64,000 nt of DNA from Catajapyx aquilonaris (taxonomy: Eukaryota), in assembly GCA_000934665.2 (NCBI GenBank), contig KZ538137.1:62001-126000 (forward strand), given 5' to 3'. The position numbers and the translations under genes were made by a program. Shown here piece after piece: positions 1-13,100 of this stretch; within the stretch, counting starts at the first letter, position 1; the number at the start of each line of letters is the position of its first letter. Below the pieces are notes generated by a model that was not told the origin of the DNA, did not search any database, and worked only from the letters and a program-made list of their open reading frames with translations.

Positions 1-1113
1 CTTGTTCCATTCCGTTCTTTTACAAATAAAAAATGATGATACATCATGAGTTATGGCGAGCTTTAGAGCTAAAACCGTGCGCCGAAAGTGAACAGGAAGG
101 AATTAGTTTTTCCCCCCATACTAAAGTGGACATGTTGACATGAATTGGGAATGCGGCACGTTATATGACGGATGGTTGGGTGACAGTGTATCGCGACCGT
201 GTATCTGTCGCGACAGCTGCCGCCTCGCGATGCAACCTGCCCGTGTGTAGCCGCCTTTACGCGTAGCGGTGTTAATAACATCCTTTAAAGATCAGATCCG
301 ATCATTTGGAGAAGTGAACAGCCCTCGGTTACCAAAGTTTGGCGCGATTTGTCAGCAGGTTTGGCGTGATCGAACACGTCGCGTTTACCCCTTTGTTCGT
401 AATAGCGGGGGGTTATGGAGAAGTAGCATCAGATAAAGCCGTCAGAAGGAATCGCAATGAACTTGCACAACTTTGCGAAATCCTTACTTCCCACGGGGGC
501 AGACTTGATCGATATCTACAGAAGCTTGTAGACTGACTGAATAGCATAGCATCATAGCGAGCACTTGGTTGAACTTGTCGAGCATTTTCCAACCTCAGCT
601 TCTAGTTCCTCCCATAAATACATACTTTAAACTTCTTAAAACTTTGTTCTTCCACGCTCACTCTACTTGTAATTAAAACTCCTGTCTGCTTGTGGGTGGG
701 AAAACAATCAAGGAGAGCGAAAGGGGATTGTCGAAATTGCCTTTTGAACCGCAGCTCAGGAGTTTGAAAGGAGGCATAATTTCTGTAGCTCCAAAAAAAA
801 TTGTGGTCGTCTCCCACCCATTTTCATTAGTGTTGATTCTCTTTTCGTGTAATCTTCCGGTTTAAGGCATTCCCTGCATAACTGTAATCACAAGGGGGTA
901 CCTTATTCAAAATCTTGAAACTGGCTTGTAGTCAGAAAGGCACTGGCTCAGTTAAAATAATATTAAGTTATAGTATTGCATGATAGGTGCCTTTATTTCA
1001 GTGTATTTTTAATCAGGTATTATGCAATTAGTATGAAAATTTTTCTAAATCTTGCGAAGGTGCTGGTGTCTCTTAAAAACAAGATCAAGCCGAGCCCTGT
1101 TTATTTTTTTCAG

Positions 1114-4100
1114 GGCCGAAAGTGCCTCCGCAAATGCACCTCGGACGAGGACTGCAAGAGTAAGAAGAAAAAGTGCCTCTGTGACGGTGCTTGCGGACTT
1201 TCGTGCATCAAACCGGGTAAGTTTTCCTTCAGCTGTTCAACCCCCACTGCTTCGGATTGCCTTGTCCTTCAAAGAATCACCTTATAAAAACAGTAGCTGG
1301 TGCAAGATCGTGACGAATTTGCTAACATGCGATTCCTTCATTTCCTCCTTTCGACACTGTCGTTTACGCATATGACGTTATATGCGTCTCAGTCACGGCT
1401 CACGGGAACATGTTCAGTGTGGGTTTCTAATCACGGCTGTACTATTAATTTTTTTTTCTTAAAATGACATTGACGTAGCCATGGGGCAAGTTCAAGATCA
1501 AAAATGTTCTCGGTGCAGATTTCACGTGTAGCTTATCAGATAATGTGCATGCAGACGTATGAAAACGCGAGTAGGATAATACTATTTTTAAAATGCATTA
1601 CAGTGCACAATACAACTGGTGAACGTATGCAATCAAAGCCCAAGATACATGCGAACTATAATTTAAAAACAGGTAATGATGATACAGTCCAGGGTACACA
1701 AATTTGCACATTGATTACAGTACAGTACTTTGTAGGCGTTTGTAGGCATGCAATAGATTACATTTCACTTGGTTCAATATTTTGACGAGGATGAATGCAA
1801 TGTAAATGCAAATAAAATTTACTGTACAGTTTTGTGTAAATCTATAGTGCATTCAGTATGCAGAGGGAATGAGAAAACTAGAAGGAAACTCAGGAGTGTA
1901 ACTCATACATAGTTTATACACTACCCTCCTCTTATAAGGGAAGAAACCTATAATTGGGTAATAAACCAACAGTTTATACATTGCGCAGTCAAGCATGTTG
2001 CGAATTATACGAACTTGAATTATTTAGCGAGCTCCCCTTGTTTGCTCAGTACATTCTATACCTGAAGAACATCACGAATCCGGAAATTCCTCTCATGCTC
2101 ATCCTGTATAATGTCATGCCTAAGTAAACAACATCCACGTTTCTAGCCATACCTCAGTCCGCCTCTATTCATACCACCACTGAAGAAGAAAAAAACCCGG
2201 CATAGATCCAGGTAGTCCTGCTCTAAATCACTCCAAAACTTTTTCCCTCCCTCATCCCCTTCCCTCTTTAACAAACCCCAACGCATTCTCCTGTACTACC
2301 AGGCATGGAATTTGATTCCAGAATTGCCTATATAAGGTGGGCCACAAAAAAGTGAAGGAATCCCCTGAAGGAGAAACCCGATCTAAATCGGTTAAGGGAA
2401 CAATGCGGGTACGGGAATAGGATCTGCGGGCTGTCGAAAAAAAAAACCCTGAAAAAAGAGGAAGGGACGAAAATCCCTTGGGCCTATGTGTAAAGCGCCT
2501 GCCTTCTTCAAGATACGATGAGTTCCAATCAGACTAGCCGCCATTTAAAGTGGCCATCGGGACTCTTTTCTTTCTTTTCAGTCCTTCCCGCGCTGAGTTG
2601 GCGGGAATAGTGAGGGACGCTATCCTAGGCCTAGTATTGGAAATGCTGGGCCTAGATGCTTTCGTTCAGGCCATCCATCACTTTCCCCCATTTTCTATAC
2701 TTCCTTGTATCCTTTACATCCTTGCGGAGCTTCCAGTGGTGCTGATTTACAGCTGGGCCGCCACTTTGGATTTACGAGCCACCTTCGCCTGGGGACTCTT
2801 CTGAGGAATCAACCGTCTGCCCAATCTGGAAAGACCGATGCCCATTTTGATCGTGGCTTGATTTTTTTTCTCTGGGTTCTTCTTCGGGGTGATTGGGTTT
2901 CAGTGGAGCCCATATCAGAGGAGATTGGGGATCGTTCATTTATTGGCGGATGGTTTGGGCGCGTTGTTGGTAATTTTGGCACCATTCATGCAGGATAAAT
3001 TATAGGCACTGTAAAGGCGAAATTTATTGGAGATTTAGATGCATAAGCTGGCTCATAAATATTGTTACCATATATATCGGACTATTCATTTTCAAATAAT
3101 CTTATCAACAAAGCAATTAGCGAGATGGATCTGTAATTGCCTTGGACTATCCAAAAGTAGAATGGAGTAGGTCAGATCGGTATGCTGAAAAGCATTATGT
3201 CAGTCGATGGATAGAGAAGGTGACGGGAGGGATTTGGAGTCCGAGCCATGTCCTGCCCTATAGGGCTTTGCATCTGGCATGTGAGTGACGTGTAGAAGGA
3301 TATAACATTTCAAGCACGTCCGCATCATGGTTTCCATCAAATCTCCCTCCCCGATTTCCCGAAACGCTTGCCAAAACTGCTGATTCTAGAAAAAAAAATA
3401 CAACAAAGAGTTCTACTAAGCGGCCTTGCATTCTCACAAGTTTTTCTCAACTATCTATTCAGTGCACGAGTTACTTTCAACATTTTATGCGGCTGCAGTG
3501 CTCATCTAAGTTTGGAGAAAGGCAGTAAAGTTTATTGAAGCAATTTCACGTCGATTGGTAACACAACCTTGAGGAATTTGAGCAAAATTTCTCCAGGATC
3601 CCTCTGGATTTTGGGAGAGTATCCGGTTTATAAAAATGCCTCTGCATCCGGACCACTTTAAGCCCCTCTAGGACCGTCATCACAAGGAGAAGCTTTTTGT
3701 GTTTCTTTCCTTGATGTGATCCGCTCCATTTCCCGCAGAAAAACGCCTTCGGAATCCTCTGCAACCCCAGTCCCATAATTCAGCAGGAAGAGAGCAGGTG
3801 GTCCTTCTAGCCCTCTACCTAACCTACACAGTCTTCATTCCTACTCCCAAACTCTTTTAGGGACATCAATGGGGGACAAAAAAAAGGGAAGAAAAAGAAG
3901 TCTTCAAAGGGAAACTATAGGCTTAAATTCGCTAGACTCGATCCTTTTTAGATTGCCAAAATATTTCCAGAACAATTGACAAAGTTTGAGTTAAGGAGAG
4001 GATTCGCTCAGATATAATTGTCTCGGACGTACAGTGAATCATAAGAAACTGGAAAATGGGGTTAAATTGATACCAAGTCAGTGAATAAAATGTGCATCCA

Positions 4101-7100
4101 TTTCGTTCATACAATGCAGTGCAGCCATTTTATTAATATAAATTGACTTATCACATTTTAATTTTCGGGACGATTTTAAATATTCTTTGCACTCAGCAAT
4201 TTTAATAATTTAGTCGACCCATGTCACTTACATTAGCACTTAAGTACTTGTAACTTCTAAAACATTTAAAAATGACAAAAGTTCATGCCCTCAGCTGAAT
4301 AACTGTTCCCAACTGCAAATTTCCCAACATCCAATTCGGATTGTCGATTGCAGTTCTGTCTGGGTTGAAATGAAGCTAGGGGTCTCCGCCCCCTCGAAAC
4401 CATCGACGAAACCAAATGTTTCGTACACCACAGTACTTCGCCTCCAAACTGCCTGTTCTCGTCTCCGAATTTTCCACCGCGAATACGTATAATTTCGTAA
4501 ATTGGCTTCACAAACCGGTGAAGAGAAACCCCCCTTTCCCTAGTCATACCCAAACCCTTTGATATAAAGCCCCGGTCTCCAATTAGCTTCCCGCACCCGG
4601 ATGGAATAATTGATTCTGGATAAGCCACAGGTGTCTTGCGTGGAAGGTAGGGTAGAGTAAATGGCGTTTCCGGATATTTACTTGGAAGCAAGAGCGGGCC
4701 TCCAAAAAGTCTTGCATCCGTGTCAACACATCGATCTGCAAGAGTAGAATCAGATTAAATAAGAAAATTTCGTCGGCTTAAGCTGCGTTTAACGACAGTC
4801 GAAGGAGTGTTATATGGTTACCTTGTGCTGTTGGAGTGACTTAGAGGATTAACGCATATTCGCTTAGATTTGGAACCGAGTTTGCAGGCTTCATTGAAAT
4901 TAACAGCCACCAACTCTGCTAATGGTTAATCAACTGAGAGTGGGACAGGTAAATGTTCTGGAGCTTAGCAGCATCATTTGTTATGTTTTCACAAAGGTGC
5001 AATTATTGAAGCTGGGAATTTTATTGATTTTTTTTTAAAATTTGCATACTGCCAGCACTTACAGAGGATACAGCTATTTTTTAAAAGTCATTTCATATTA
5101 GCCAACAGACGCTTTGTAAATGCACTACACTTTTTGCTCAAAACCAAGCCTTTCAAAACGAAAGCTCCGAAACTTTTTTCCCCATTTTATACGTTGGCCC
5201 GAAAAATACATGTACAATAATATTGCACCAGACGTGCTCTACATGCAGACAAAAAATTACCGCAGTCCTTTTTCCACTGTACTAGCCCCGATGTCAGTTA
5301 ATTTGACATTTTCTGTCTGTACACAACATTATTCATTTTCCATTTAGCTGGAGTATCCTACTCTCTGTATAAAATGGTACTATTGGGACCGGTGAAAAAG
5401 TATTCTTCGTGTTCAAAAATATTATTCAGTAGACTATAATTCTCATTTCAGACAAAGAGTGCGAGGAGCTGGGTGACCCCGACCTAGGTCACGTGGAAGT
5501 ACAGGGTCGGCAATTTGGGGACAAGGCCGTGTACAGCTGTCGAGATGATTACCGAGTGGTCGGCCTGGAGGAACGAGTTTGCCAAGCCGACGGGACATGG
5601 TCGGGACAGGCGCCTACTTGCAAGAAGAATAGTAAAGCCCCCCCCCCCCCTCTCTCTCTCTCTCTCCATTATTGCACCTCTTTTCATGGCAGGGCACGGG
5701 TTACCAGCCATTCATTATGCGAAATGTCTCTCAGGCCCGCCTGTTGGCATTCATGTTTCAGCCCCGCTTCCACTTGTGCTCTATCAAAAACCCATGGTGT
5801 AATGTTGTTGACCGGGTTCAAAAGACAGTTAGGTGAAATTATATAAGGAATACTGCTGCAGGGGAAGGCCAAAATTCTGCATGTGTAATCCTCTGATGTT
5901 AATGTCCTATAGCAACATTGATGGACTGGGGACACGTGACTAAAACTTATGGGGGTCATAAATTATTCAAAGTTTATTAAAAGACATTCTGGCGAGTAAT
6001 ACCAGATTAGGTAGTGTCAACCCCGTTTTAATGATATATAGAGGTTCGTTAGTGCAGATATGGTTACAGCCTGCATTAAATCCTCGATAAAAATTATTAA
6101 TTGGCGTTGGGAGTGGTTTCAGTGTATAGATGGGAGAGAGAGGCTTCGATTAATGACTCTGACGGACAGATTTTCCTTCGTTTTAGTCTACTGTACGGAA
6201 CCGCCAGTGATAGAGCACGCGCGTCACAACGCTCCATTGGAACAAACCACTTTCGACATGAGCACCATGCTGCAGTACCAATGTTACCCAGGCTACACCA
6301 CCAAAGGATTTGCCCGCGCCAAATGTCTCTTTTACAACGGAACTGCGAGGTGGTTTGGACCCGACGTCAGCTGCGAGCGTAAATGTTTCCTTATGCTCTA
6401 CCTCTTTTGTACATTACCCCCTTTTTAATTAAGTACAAGTGCATTTTCATGCAGTGAAATGGCATGGTCGTACTTACCGCAACAGCAAGGTTTCAGGATT
6501 TACTGTACAAGTTCCTAGAAAATAATGTAATAATGTAATGCACCTGGCTGGGTCATTTCCTTTTCATTAATTTGCATCATTATTTACTAGTGACATAATA
6601 ATCGATGTTGTTAATAATTCATTGCTGCACCTGACTTTGCGTAATTATCACCGAAGCAGTGATCAATTGGATGATTTTAAGCGAAGTATATCACCCTTCA
6701 AGTGTAGAAATAATACTGTACTGGACTGGCACTTCACTTCTCTTGTGCATCGTTGAACTATCGCTAAACCCGTTTTTGGCATGCTATAGATGTAAATGAA
6801 AAACTGATTTGGCAGAAGTCCATCCTTAATGTGGTGCTTTAGTATTCGGAGTGAGGGGTAGGGGTGGGTAGTGGGGTCGCACTTCAATCTGTGATAGCCC
6901 CTTGCACATATCCCCGCACTGTTGACCCCATTCTAAATAACATGAAATGGCCCAGCAAACAAAATGCTAAAGTACTTTTACGAAGAGCACAAAAACGGAA
7001 GAGTGGAAATCAATGATGTTCCATTCACTTTTTTTCTACAAAAAAAAAGCACGGAATTGTGGAGAACCAGCCGATATTTTGAACGGACGTCGAGAGGGCA

Positions 7101-10100
7101 CGTGCTTTTCCTTCAGCTGTCGTGTCACCTATCATTGTCAACCTGGATTCGAATTGGAAGGAAGGACACATCGTTATTGTCAAGCCGATGGAACTTGGAG
7201 CCCTCGAGAATTGCCATCGTGCGGACGTAAGTGTACAAAATTTTTAAAAATAATATTCATACCAAAAATTTCGATATTGGGTCAGGAAGTTTAATTCGTA
7301 TTTTTCAAAAGTGGAATGGATGAGGCCGCAAACTTCCCATTTTGGCCAACATAATGTGCATCCCTCCCCACGGCCTCTCAAAGTTTGGAAACCACTAACT
7401 AGTTAGATATCGACAACGAAATTCCAAGTTAATGAAAACTGGCAACAAGTTCAAGGAAGCGTGACACACGGGTCAATACGCGGAAATTAAAATGCAAACT
7501 CTTACACATTGTGTAAACGTGAATTATTCTTAATGCCGCCAGTAATGCCTATTATTACGACGGTCAATGTTGAAATTATTTTCATTCCATTGTTAAAGTA
7601 AGCACTACAACATTTTTGTAATTGAAGTTTTAAATGCATAGCTCAGTGTCTCTTAAAAAAAACTTACGGATGAAAATAGCCTGCAGTTACATAAGTCATT
7701 ACGTTTGTGGCTCACCTGGGCCTGTTGTATAACAGCTGGAATTGTACCCATATTCAGCCCGAGGTCACATTTTCGACAAAGCTCTCTGTTCATTATCTAT
7801 TTTCAGTTTAATTAATTCTTCATTAAAGCCTTAGGTCACGCCCAGTTCCCATTTGCGCCTGTCTCTTACACTTCCTGTTAACCAAGAGAGTATTTAATAT
7901 TGCCTTCCACCCAGGATAGAGCAATATTCACATGGCCTGTGAATTGCTGCGAAACTTATCTTTACAATAAAAGCCGGGAAAAAAAAACTTTCCAATCGTA
8001 CCGAAAGTTGGACTACTCTGTTTCTGTATGGCCAAAAAGCATTGTGCAAACGTCCTACAACATTTAAAAAGGCTTTTGACATTCGAAATTCCGCCCGAAG
8101 TATACGCCTGAAACAATCCAATATCGTGCTTTTTACAACTTGATATTGCATCTGACCGTGTTTACAAGGATTGCAAAAAAAGGGCTACTCTTTTAATATT
8201 GCAAACTTTGACTCTTCAAACGTTTTTTATGTTTAACTCACCTTGTTTTTGTTAATTTTTCAGCTGTGCAATGCCCAATTCCGGACAATCCGGTGAATGG
8301 AAAAGCGCTTTTTACAGCAGTGTCATACAATTCTGTGGTGTCATATGAGTGTAAATATGGATTCATGCTTGTGGGAGAATCCACCAGAAGATGTGGTACG
8401 GATAAACGTTGGAGTGGAGAAGAACCAGCCTGCAAAGGTCTGTTACCTTTTATAGTTCTTTTAATCTCGATGTGCTCATTTATGCTCACAATAGGTGTTG
8501 AAATTGTCTTTGGTATTACAATCGGAATATTTGGATAGTTAAAAAAATTCTCCAAGTTTACCAATAACTTTTTAGAATTTATGCCGCGTACAGTACATAC
8601 CAATACTCGAGATGCCCCCAAGCCATAATTCAAATTTTAATGTCAGCCGATTCTTTGAGAATATATTTATTGGCATCTCACAAATACTCTGCTTGTGAAG
8701 CCGGCCATGATGATTTGTATTCGGTTCTCAGAACTGTTTTCCTTTACCCAAGACAATTGAGGGACTTGCATAAAAAGCTGTAGTTTATAACCGGTCCAAG
8801 AGTTCTGCCAAACTTGCAATACACCAGTCAAAGTTTCGCCATTCCAAATATCCGATTTCAATACGAAAGGAAAGTTTTCACGTAACTTACTCTGCAGCAT
8901 TTTTTTGAAAACAGGCTTACCTATAGAAGCATAGAAATATTTGCTGCCAAATAAATTTAAATCACTTTCATATTATTGGTTCTAAATACCGACAGCATTT
9001 AACATAGTGAAGTGCACTTTAAAAAAAAAAACGTTAATCGGAAGTAATTACGCTAAAAGTTTACCCCAGCTTTGAACTTCAAAAAGTCCATTAGTGTGAG
9101 TAAAGTGGATTGCCATTTCTGAAAAACCGTTGGTAGTTCAGAGAAACATTGTCACTAACTCTGCAAAAAAAATAAGTCTTCAAAATCCCAGACTTAAAGC
9201 TGTGTGGTAAATTATTGCAGTGTTCGTCAGGGTATATTGGGATTTGGAAAGGGGACAGGTGGGGGGTGGAGAAGAAGGTGGAGAAACAGGAGGAATGTGG
9301 TTTGTTCCTTATTTCCTCCTGTGTCTCCCCTTGGCAAGCCCACAAAAAGGGGACCACGAGATCGATCGGTCTGCGTAACTTTCCTTTTACATTCCCTTTT
9401 CCAACAACCACCAGAAACCCCCCCCCCCCTTCTTTAAACTTACACCCCTTTTTTGGCTGCTTGCGTCGACCTCCCCCCTCACCACCCCCCGATGTACCGC
9501 CTTTTTTAAAATAAAAAAAAAATCTACAATCCTCCAGCATGTTGATTTCTGCTGAAGATGCCTTTCCTCAGAGGGCAATGTCACCCACGCTCTACTTTCC
9601 TCTCTCTGAAGGTAGTGCCATTGTCTAAAAGGGTTCGTCCACAATAGACGGAAGTGGGTGCCAAATTATAGCCTTACAACTCGTATATTCAGAGAGGCTG
9701 CCAGACGGGTTAGAAATCCGTCGATATTTCGGCTGGTTCCATTTAGGATCAGTTTCTCAAATTTTCTGGAATGTCACTCTCATTTCAGATATGATTATAA
9801 TAATTCAACTGACAATTATGATTATTTTTTAAATGTGGCCTATCCTAGCTTCAAACCCCTGCAGCTATCCTGCCATCCCATAGTTATTTTTTGGGGGAAG
9901 GAACTATACTGTAGGAATCGCACAAAAAAAAATAGCAATCGAGCGTGTCTCCGTAGAAATCAACTGCGGCAGTCCGGGTCTGCTTTACAACGGATGGCTG
10001 GAGGGAACCAAGACCACTCTTCACGCCGTGGTAACCTTCCGCTGCCTGGAGACGATGGCTTTCCGAGGCCCATCCCAACGCACCGTCTGCCAGTCCGATG

Positions 10101-13100
10101 GCACCTGGTCGCATCCTCTGCCCCAGTGCCTCGGTAAGTCTTCCATATATAAAAAAAAAACAATGAACACATTGGACACACTATGTCAATTGGTGCTAAA
10201 CGTGATTGCGCTGATTGCCGTCGAGCTGGACGCATATCAAATGTTCAGTTGATTGACAAAACTGTGCGGGTGCAATGTCAACACAGTCCCTGGTCATTTT
10301 GTTCCAATTGGCACTATGTCACCATCCCTCCAGCACCGCCAGTTTGGCGCGAACTAATCCCATCGAAAAGCCCTCCATCTCCCAAGCGATTTGCCACACG
10401 GTCGACGCAAGCTCTAAGTCACTCACATACATACATCACTTTCCTAACCCACCCACTGCAAAGGTCCGTCTCGTTGGTCCCCGGTGCCAAAAAGGTGAAA
10501 GCCCACAAAATTGAGAGACTAAGGGAAAAAAAAAATCAATCTTTCAACCTAAACCCCAGAGATCAACTGTGGGCATCCGGGCATCCTTTTCAACGGATGG
10601 CTGGAGAACATAGAGTCCGGGACGGCTCTAGGATCGTCAATCATCTACCGCTGCTACGATGGAATGAAGCTGGTTGGACACACCTCATCTGTATGTCAGA
10701 TCGACGGCAAATGGCGATATCCACTTCCTAAATGTCTGGGTATGGTCTCTCTTTCACACTAATACACATTAGCATTCAATGTGCTGAAGATATAAAATGC
10801 ACATGACGCCTACACATTTATTCCAAGTTAGAAAATTAGCCAATTCATATTCCCACCCTCTAGCTATGGGTCAGACTCGGATTATCGCAAAGGGACAATT
10901 TGGTATGTGACAATAATACGAAGATGCTGATTTCTGTATATGGAAAATATTTCTGAACACTACCTTACCCATGGTGTAAATATAGCAATTTTCAGCACCA
11001 TTATGTCCAATCGGCAATCAGCAGGTCACATACACGTAACCGACGTCGTGCAGGATATCCCTAAACATTAGTTACCCCCTTAAGCTGCTGGTGCAGTTGC
11101 AGTCACAGAGCTTATCTTGTTGGCTGCAGCGCAGTGCTGGAGGTGGACAGACTCCCCATCTCATGTCTCTCCCTCCATTCCTCCTCTCCCTAGAGTCCAG
11201 GGGCTTTATCGCGGGTAAGTGTGGCATCCCCTGTCCCTATTTCATCCTTTCTGTCTGGTCTATATGTCTATCTATGCATCTCCACGCCGACTCGGACTCC
11301 CCGTGGGATACACGTCGTAGTTATGGCCACACCGCCACATATACACTTTACAAAATCGGGATTTGATGTCAACGCGTAAATTCTGGCCGTAGTTTTTAGT
11401 GGCGATAAATGTGACGATGCTCATAAAAAGAAAACTGTTTACATAAGTGAATGGTGTTGCCAAATATTTATAGCGGGTTGGGAATAATGTGGGAATTTGG
11501 CATAAAAAGTACTAATTGATCGGAGCCAATAGTGTTGATCTGGCTTAATTGATGATTTTCGTTCGGGATTTCGGAAAATAAATATTTAACTTGAATTATG
11601 AATTTTTGGAGACACTGCTGTAGGCCTGTCATACTATAGCGCATTAGACGTATCCTTGATGCTATGCAACCACCATCACCACTCTCATTTGTTAACAATA
11701 TTTCCACCTTGAAGAAGTGCTGGTGGTTGTGTAACAAGCCAAAAACAGAAGCTCAAACTACTGATGTAGCGCACATTATCTTGCCGTACTGTACTGTACT
11801 GTACTGTACAGTACATTAGCTTTGCGCTTTGGAGTAAACATACGGTACTATTTGGAGCTTATGACCCTGGTTCATAGGGATATTTTTGTTCGTGGCTGTA
11901 GGCTATGTAGCTATGCAACGTAACATGCTGCAGGCTCGTATAATCGCACAGGGTGAATTTTAACTACAACTACCGTATTGTAATTAAACAATGCAGCAAG
12001 TACGCTGTGCCTGCTTCAGGCCCAAAATTGTGTTATCATAGCATTAGGACTTTGCAGTGGGCTGTAAGAAAAATATTTTTGGACTTATTTGAAATGCGCA
12101 TTTTGCTCAGTAGAAAATAAGCCTCTAAATCTTTTTTTCTGGGCGGTGAATCAAGAGCGTCTACTTTTTATGCTCTGAATATTTTAAAGAGCATCCATAA
12201 TAAATGCTTTAAGTGCGAAATCATTCATTTTCTACCTTCACAAATAGCTAATTATGCCATTTTTTTTTGCACCCAACTAGTCGTTCCATCAATTACGTTT
12301 TTCCCCATAGCTACCAGTGGTAGTAAATTAGTGACTCCAACAGATGCAGCCATAAACTGACGAAATGTGGAAGCGAATGGGTTTGTGACAGGCAAAATGA
12401 ACCCAATTTTTCAACGCCCTCACATTTTTCGAGAAGGCCCATTTTGAGAATCTAGAATGCGAATCATAATAACTGGAATGCAAGAAAGAATGAATCGTAT
12501 ATATCAAAGGAAGGAGACAGCTTGAATAATTCAGTGGGAATTAGCGCTATCTGATAATTTTATACTCCACAGAATGTGATGATAAGAGGCATGATTATAC
12601 TTCCACATGCATTTGTAGTTTTATGTGAAGCAGTTTAAAATTCATTGCGCACTGTAGACACGGCCATTTTCATTTAAACTGATAATATCTGCCTCGGACA
12701 AAATGACAGCGTATCATGTAATATGCGTACATAATAATCTGGCATTAGCATGTAGTGGCGCAAAGCAAGTAACTTTAGAACAAAGGTTTAGTCAGATATA
12801 AGCTCTAAATTAAGCACACCTGTGGAGGAAGGCATTACAGTCCACGCTATACAGGCTTACATCCTCAAGCGGAAATGGAAAACCGGAAGGGCCAGGCAAT
12901 AGTCCCTAACATTAATTACTCCAGGCCGTTTATCCTTCCGAGACTAACTAGTGGGAGGCTCAGGTATTCATGCAACAATCTAGAGCTCATGAATGCACTG
13001 TGCCGGTGCTTCCAGCGACACAATTAAATTAATGTTCACAGGACCGTCATATGAACACGCCGCACCGTTGGCAGCAAATTCTCATGAGAAATTCATGCTC

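Noticed and set aside
10464..10494. Possible 31-nt exon between the duplicated exons
   Set aside because: Weak AAG acceptor and not frame-preserving
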